From: Mustelus asterias | Taxonomy: Eukaryota | Direction of reading: 5' to 3' | Assembly: GCF_964213995.1 (NCBI RefSeq) | Contig: NW_027590151.1 | Span: 558,001 to 622,000 of the forward strand | Length of the DNA stretch: 64,000 nucleotides | Shown: positions 61,297 through 64,000 of the stretch, piece after piece | Position numbering within the stretch: position 1 is the stretch's first letter | Layout: each line of letters opens with the position of its first letter | Program-made: the position numbers and the translations under genes | The notes under the pieces: generated by a model | Told to the model about the DNA's origin: nothing | Databases searched by the model: none | Seen by the model: only the letters and a program-made list of their open reading frames with translations

Positions 61297-62147
61297 GGAC
61301 TCAGTGCGCAGTAATAAACCCCGGAGTCTGTCAGCTCTGTTTTAGACACTTTCAGCGGGACTGTGCGGGTTGTATCATTGAGTTCCGCTGAAAAACGGTC
61401 CCCTTTGGATCTCCCTGTGTTCCCGGTGTATTTATTTGTGTGCAGAAGATACTTCATGGATCCGCTGGGATACTGACGGTACCAGAATAGATAAAGGTCG
61501 CTGCTTGTACTTGTGTAATTACAGAGCAACCTAACATCATCTCCTTCAGTGACGGTGACTGCAGCCGCTGTCTGTGAAACAGAATCTCCTCGGGAATGTC
61601 CTGGAAAAGTCCAAAGAAATATTAAATTAAACATTGTGACTTGACTCCGTTTCCCCCAGAATTCGCCCGTTATCGGCAAAAATAATCTGAGAGAGAAGGT
61701 TCAGCGGCTGGATTGGGAAGTTTTTGTGGCGATTCAATAAAACTTCCACGATAAACATTGTTCTTTCTAACGAGATCAGTTCCTCGACTTCGGTCCCTGT
61801 AACTGGAAACTGCTCACGGTCTGTTTGAAGTGTGATGTTTGCCAAAGTGATTCACTGGTATCAGGGGAGCTGGAATCTGAGCCCAACTCATTCTCTATCA
61901 ATCCCTGGGGGAAATGTGCCCAATCCCAACAGTGTCCAGTGATGAGACCAGCGAAATCCGGATAACTTTTCGATGTTGAGATCAATCCGTTCCCTCATCA
62001 CCGACCCCCTCCCCCTCGCATTGAAGGAACTGCCTGACAGAATATAGTGTGTGGTAATGATGTGTAACACAGACTTGAGCAACTTGTGAAATTACCGGTT
62101 AACAGAGCTGCCGCTGTGAGGAATAAATACCGAGTAACAGGAGACAT
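61297..62147 (-). CDS. Intact TCR alpha/delta V gene (leader 62096-62147, V exon 61297-61600)
   Basis: Leader MSPVTRYLFLTAAALLT|GTAATT. V exon GHSRGDSVSQTAAAVTVTEGDDVRLLCNYTSTSSDLYLFWYRQYPSGSMKYLL...DSGVYYCALS. Confidence 0.93.
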
Positions 62148-63429
62148 GTTTGCAGAGAGCTCGCGGCGGATCTGACCAGAGCGGGTGGGAGATGTCATTG
62201 TTTCAGTTAAGAGTTGAAAGAGGCGGAGTCATATCCAGGCCCCTGTGGATTGGTTCACTGCTGGAAACATCATCAGATGACATCCAATCGGCTTCAAGCT
62301 CCTTTGTTCTTCAGTTCACCCAATGATCTCACAGCTCCTTTATCTCCAATTCACCCCATAGGCGGAGAGACGGAAGGAACAAAGTGAAGTTGGCCATCCC
62401 ACGGCAGGGGATTATTTTCCTCTTCAACAGTTATTTCATGAACCGACCGGTCCCCTGAGTGTTGATGGGTCTGTTCTGACATGGAGAATGACAATGTTCA
62501 TCCCTACAGCAACATGTCAAGCAGTTTGTTATCGATCATGTTTGGGACAGCAGCTACAGTGCGGGGGAGGATGAATTTTTAGTTGAAACATGTACTTCAC
62601 AAGAAGTGGTAGAATAATGAAGAGTCTGTGATATTTCCATACGATCTTCCCTCAATTTGTAACTTTGCCGCCTGTGAAATCCTCTTTCAGAGTGGAAGTA
62701 TAGCTTGCCACGCCATTGGACTGCTGATCCAATCGGTGCCAAACAGGGAAAAGCAGCAAAGGTCAATATCTACAATAAAATCTCTAATAAAACAACACAG
62801 ATGAGGCAGGTCAAAGTGAGAACCACACAGGAAAGCTGTGGGTGTGGCTGCCATAGGCAGTGTGGTGAGATGTAGAATTTATCTGCAAGGAATTGAACTC
62901 AATAACACTATCACATTGGAAATCATATAAATTTGCCTGTCTGTAGGAGCGGCAGCTGAATGTTCATTCCATACCGCGGACCAACAGTCTCGCACCAGGA
63001 AGGTCAGGGTTAGTAAATGATCCAATACAAAGCGGGATCTTCATCAGTGATGTAGATGGAAAGTGGGACCGAATAGCTGAGTAGCTGGATTGGAGAGGTT
63101 CTCAATGAATGTACGAGGTAACAGAAAAAGCTTTAAATGTTTACGTTAAAGGTTGGGGAAGGGAAAGGGACACAATTTCCATAAATCAGCAGACAAGGAC
63201 AGTCTGGGACAAATAGGCAGGGAAAGGCATCGAAAACCAAAGAGAAGGCGTTGATGTATCTCAGATCGATTTGTCAATCTTAATTCAATTGCACATGTCA
63301 GTTACGATCATTGACAAATATAGCTGCAATGGGACCACACCAGTTGCTGTTTTTGAGTGTTGTCATTTGTTGCAATGTTAAGAGTTTTCGACACTCTGTG
63401 GAAACTGTATTACCTGCGATAATGTGTGA

Positions 63430-63502
63430 GCGCACCCTGCTGGGCACTAACTGGAAGTCTGGGGTTTTTGCACGGCATTCACTATATCTCTGCAGCAGTG
63501 TG
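63430..63502 (-). other. RSS with 24-bp spacer followed by CTCF-like motif
   Basis: CACACTG (63502-63496) + 24 bp + GCAAAAACC (63471-63463), then CCAGCAGGGTGCGC at 63443-63430. Confidence 0.8.
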
Positions 63503-63806
63503 GGCTTCGTGGCACAGAAGTACACGGCGCTGTCGTAGATCAGTGTGTTACTGATCGTTAGTTCGGTAATCGTGTTCTTTTTATTAAATTTGGAAGAAAA
63601 CCGATCATTGAGGTCGGTGTTCCTTTGCACGTTCTCACCTATAAGCTGAAACATGTACACTGGAGCTTTCCCGGGCTGCTGACTGTACCAGTACACATGA
63701 GGGCTGGAATCGCTTGTTTTCAAGGTACAGGTTAGTGTGACATTACTTTCCTCTTTAACCGATATTTCAGGATCCATTTGTTCCACTTTGTCTTGGAGGG
63801 TCCATT
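63503..63806 (-). CDS. TCR alpha/delta V exon, open frame (leader not seen, presumably beyond the window end)
   Basis: Acceptor TTTCTGTTAG, then WTLQDKVEQMDPEISVKEESNVTLTCTLKTSDSSPHVYWYSQQPGKAPVYMF...DSAVYFCATK. Confidence 0.9.
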
Positions 63807-64000
63807 CTAACAGAAACAACAGCAATAATGACAATCAGAGTCAGCCTCATATTACCGATTGCAAGCGTTTATGTCGCTGATGTAAATCACCATTTAAAGT
63901 CAACAAGGCTGGATGTAATTGTTGAGCTCTGATGAAGGGTCATCCAGACTCGAAATGTCGGCTCTATTGTCTCCACAGATGCTGTCAGACCGGCTGAGAT

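Noticed and set aside
35400-64000. NAR-TCR cassette, or IgH-like (IgM/IgW/TAILV) V segments
   Set aside because: All readable Vs have TCR alpha/delta frameworks. None shows VH-type WVRQ/GLEW motifs, a following D-J, or the extra CDR1 Cys expected of a NAR-TCR supporting V. The last V's leader status cannot be seen in this window.

Overview
Vertebrate genomic DNA, almost certainly a cartilaginous fish (shark), judged from HE1-type SINEs, CR1/HER1-type LINEs and the receptor sequences. The window is part of a T-cell receptor alpha/delta locus. On the + strand are two J segments with 12-RSS (3666-3715, 7381-7440), a probable decayed third J (8267-8321), and a complete TCR delta constant gene: Ig-C exon 14690-15001, hinge 17930-17992, TM/cytoplasmic 18437-18547, and a probable 3'UTR exon 19805-~20445. 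I found no J-alpha cluster downstream of C-delta. Instead there is an array of at least 10 TCR alpha/delta-type V segments in mixed orientation: 5 apparently intact (3 on +, 2 on -) and 5 pseudogenes or relics. They are interleaved with one intact tRNA-Val(AAC) and three tRNA pseudogenes. A large part of the window is retroelement-derived (CR1, Rex1/Babar-like, Tx1, SINEs) or CA/GT low-complexity DNA. Most notable: (1) the non-mammalian locus order, with V segments of both polarities 3' of C-delta; (2) a shared 'CACACTG heptamer + 24-bp spacer + adjacent CTCF-like motif' module on V genes with dissimilar coding regions; (3) a V with a strongly shortened CDR2 region preceded by a phased CRE array; (4) a candidate Myb/Ets/RUNX enhancer 3' of C-delta. 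All calls come from manual reading. No database searches were run, repeat boundaries are approximate, and novelty relative to published shark loci is unverified.
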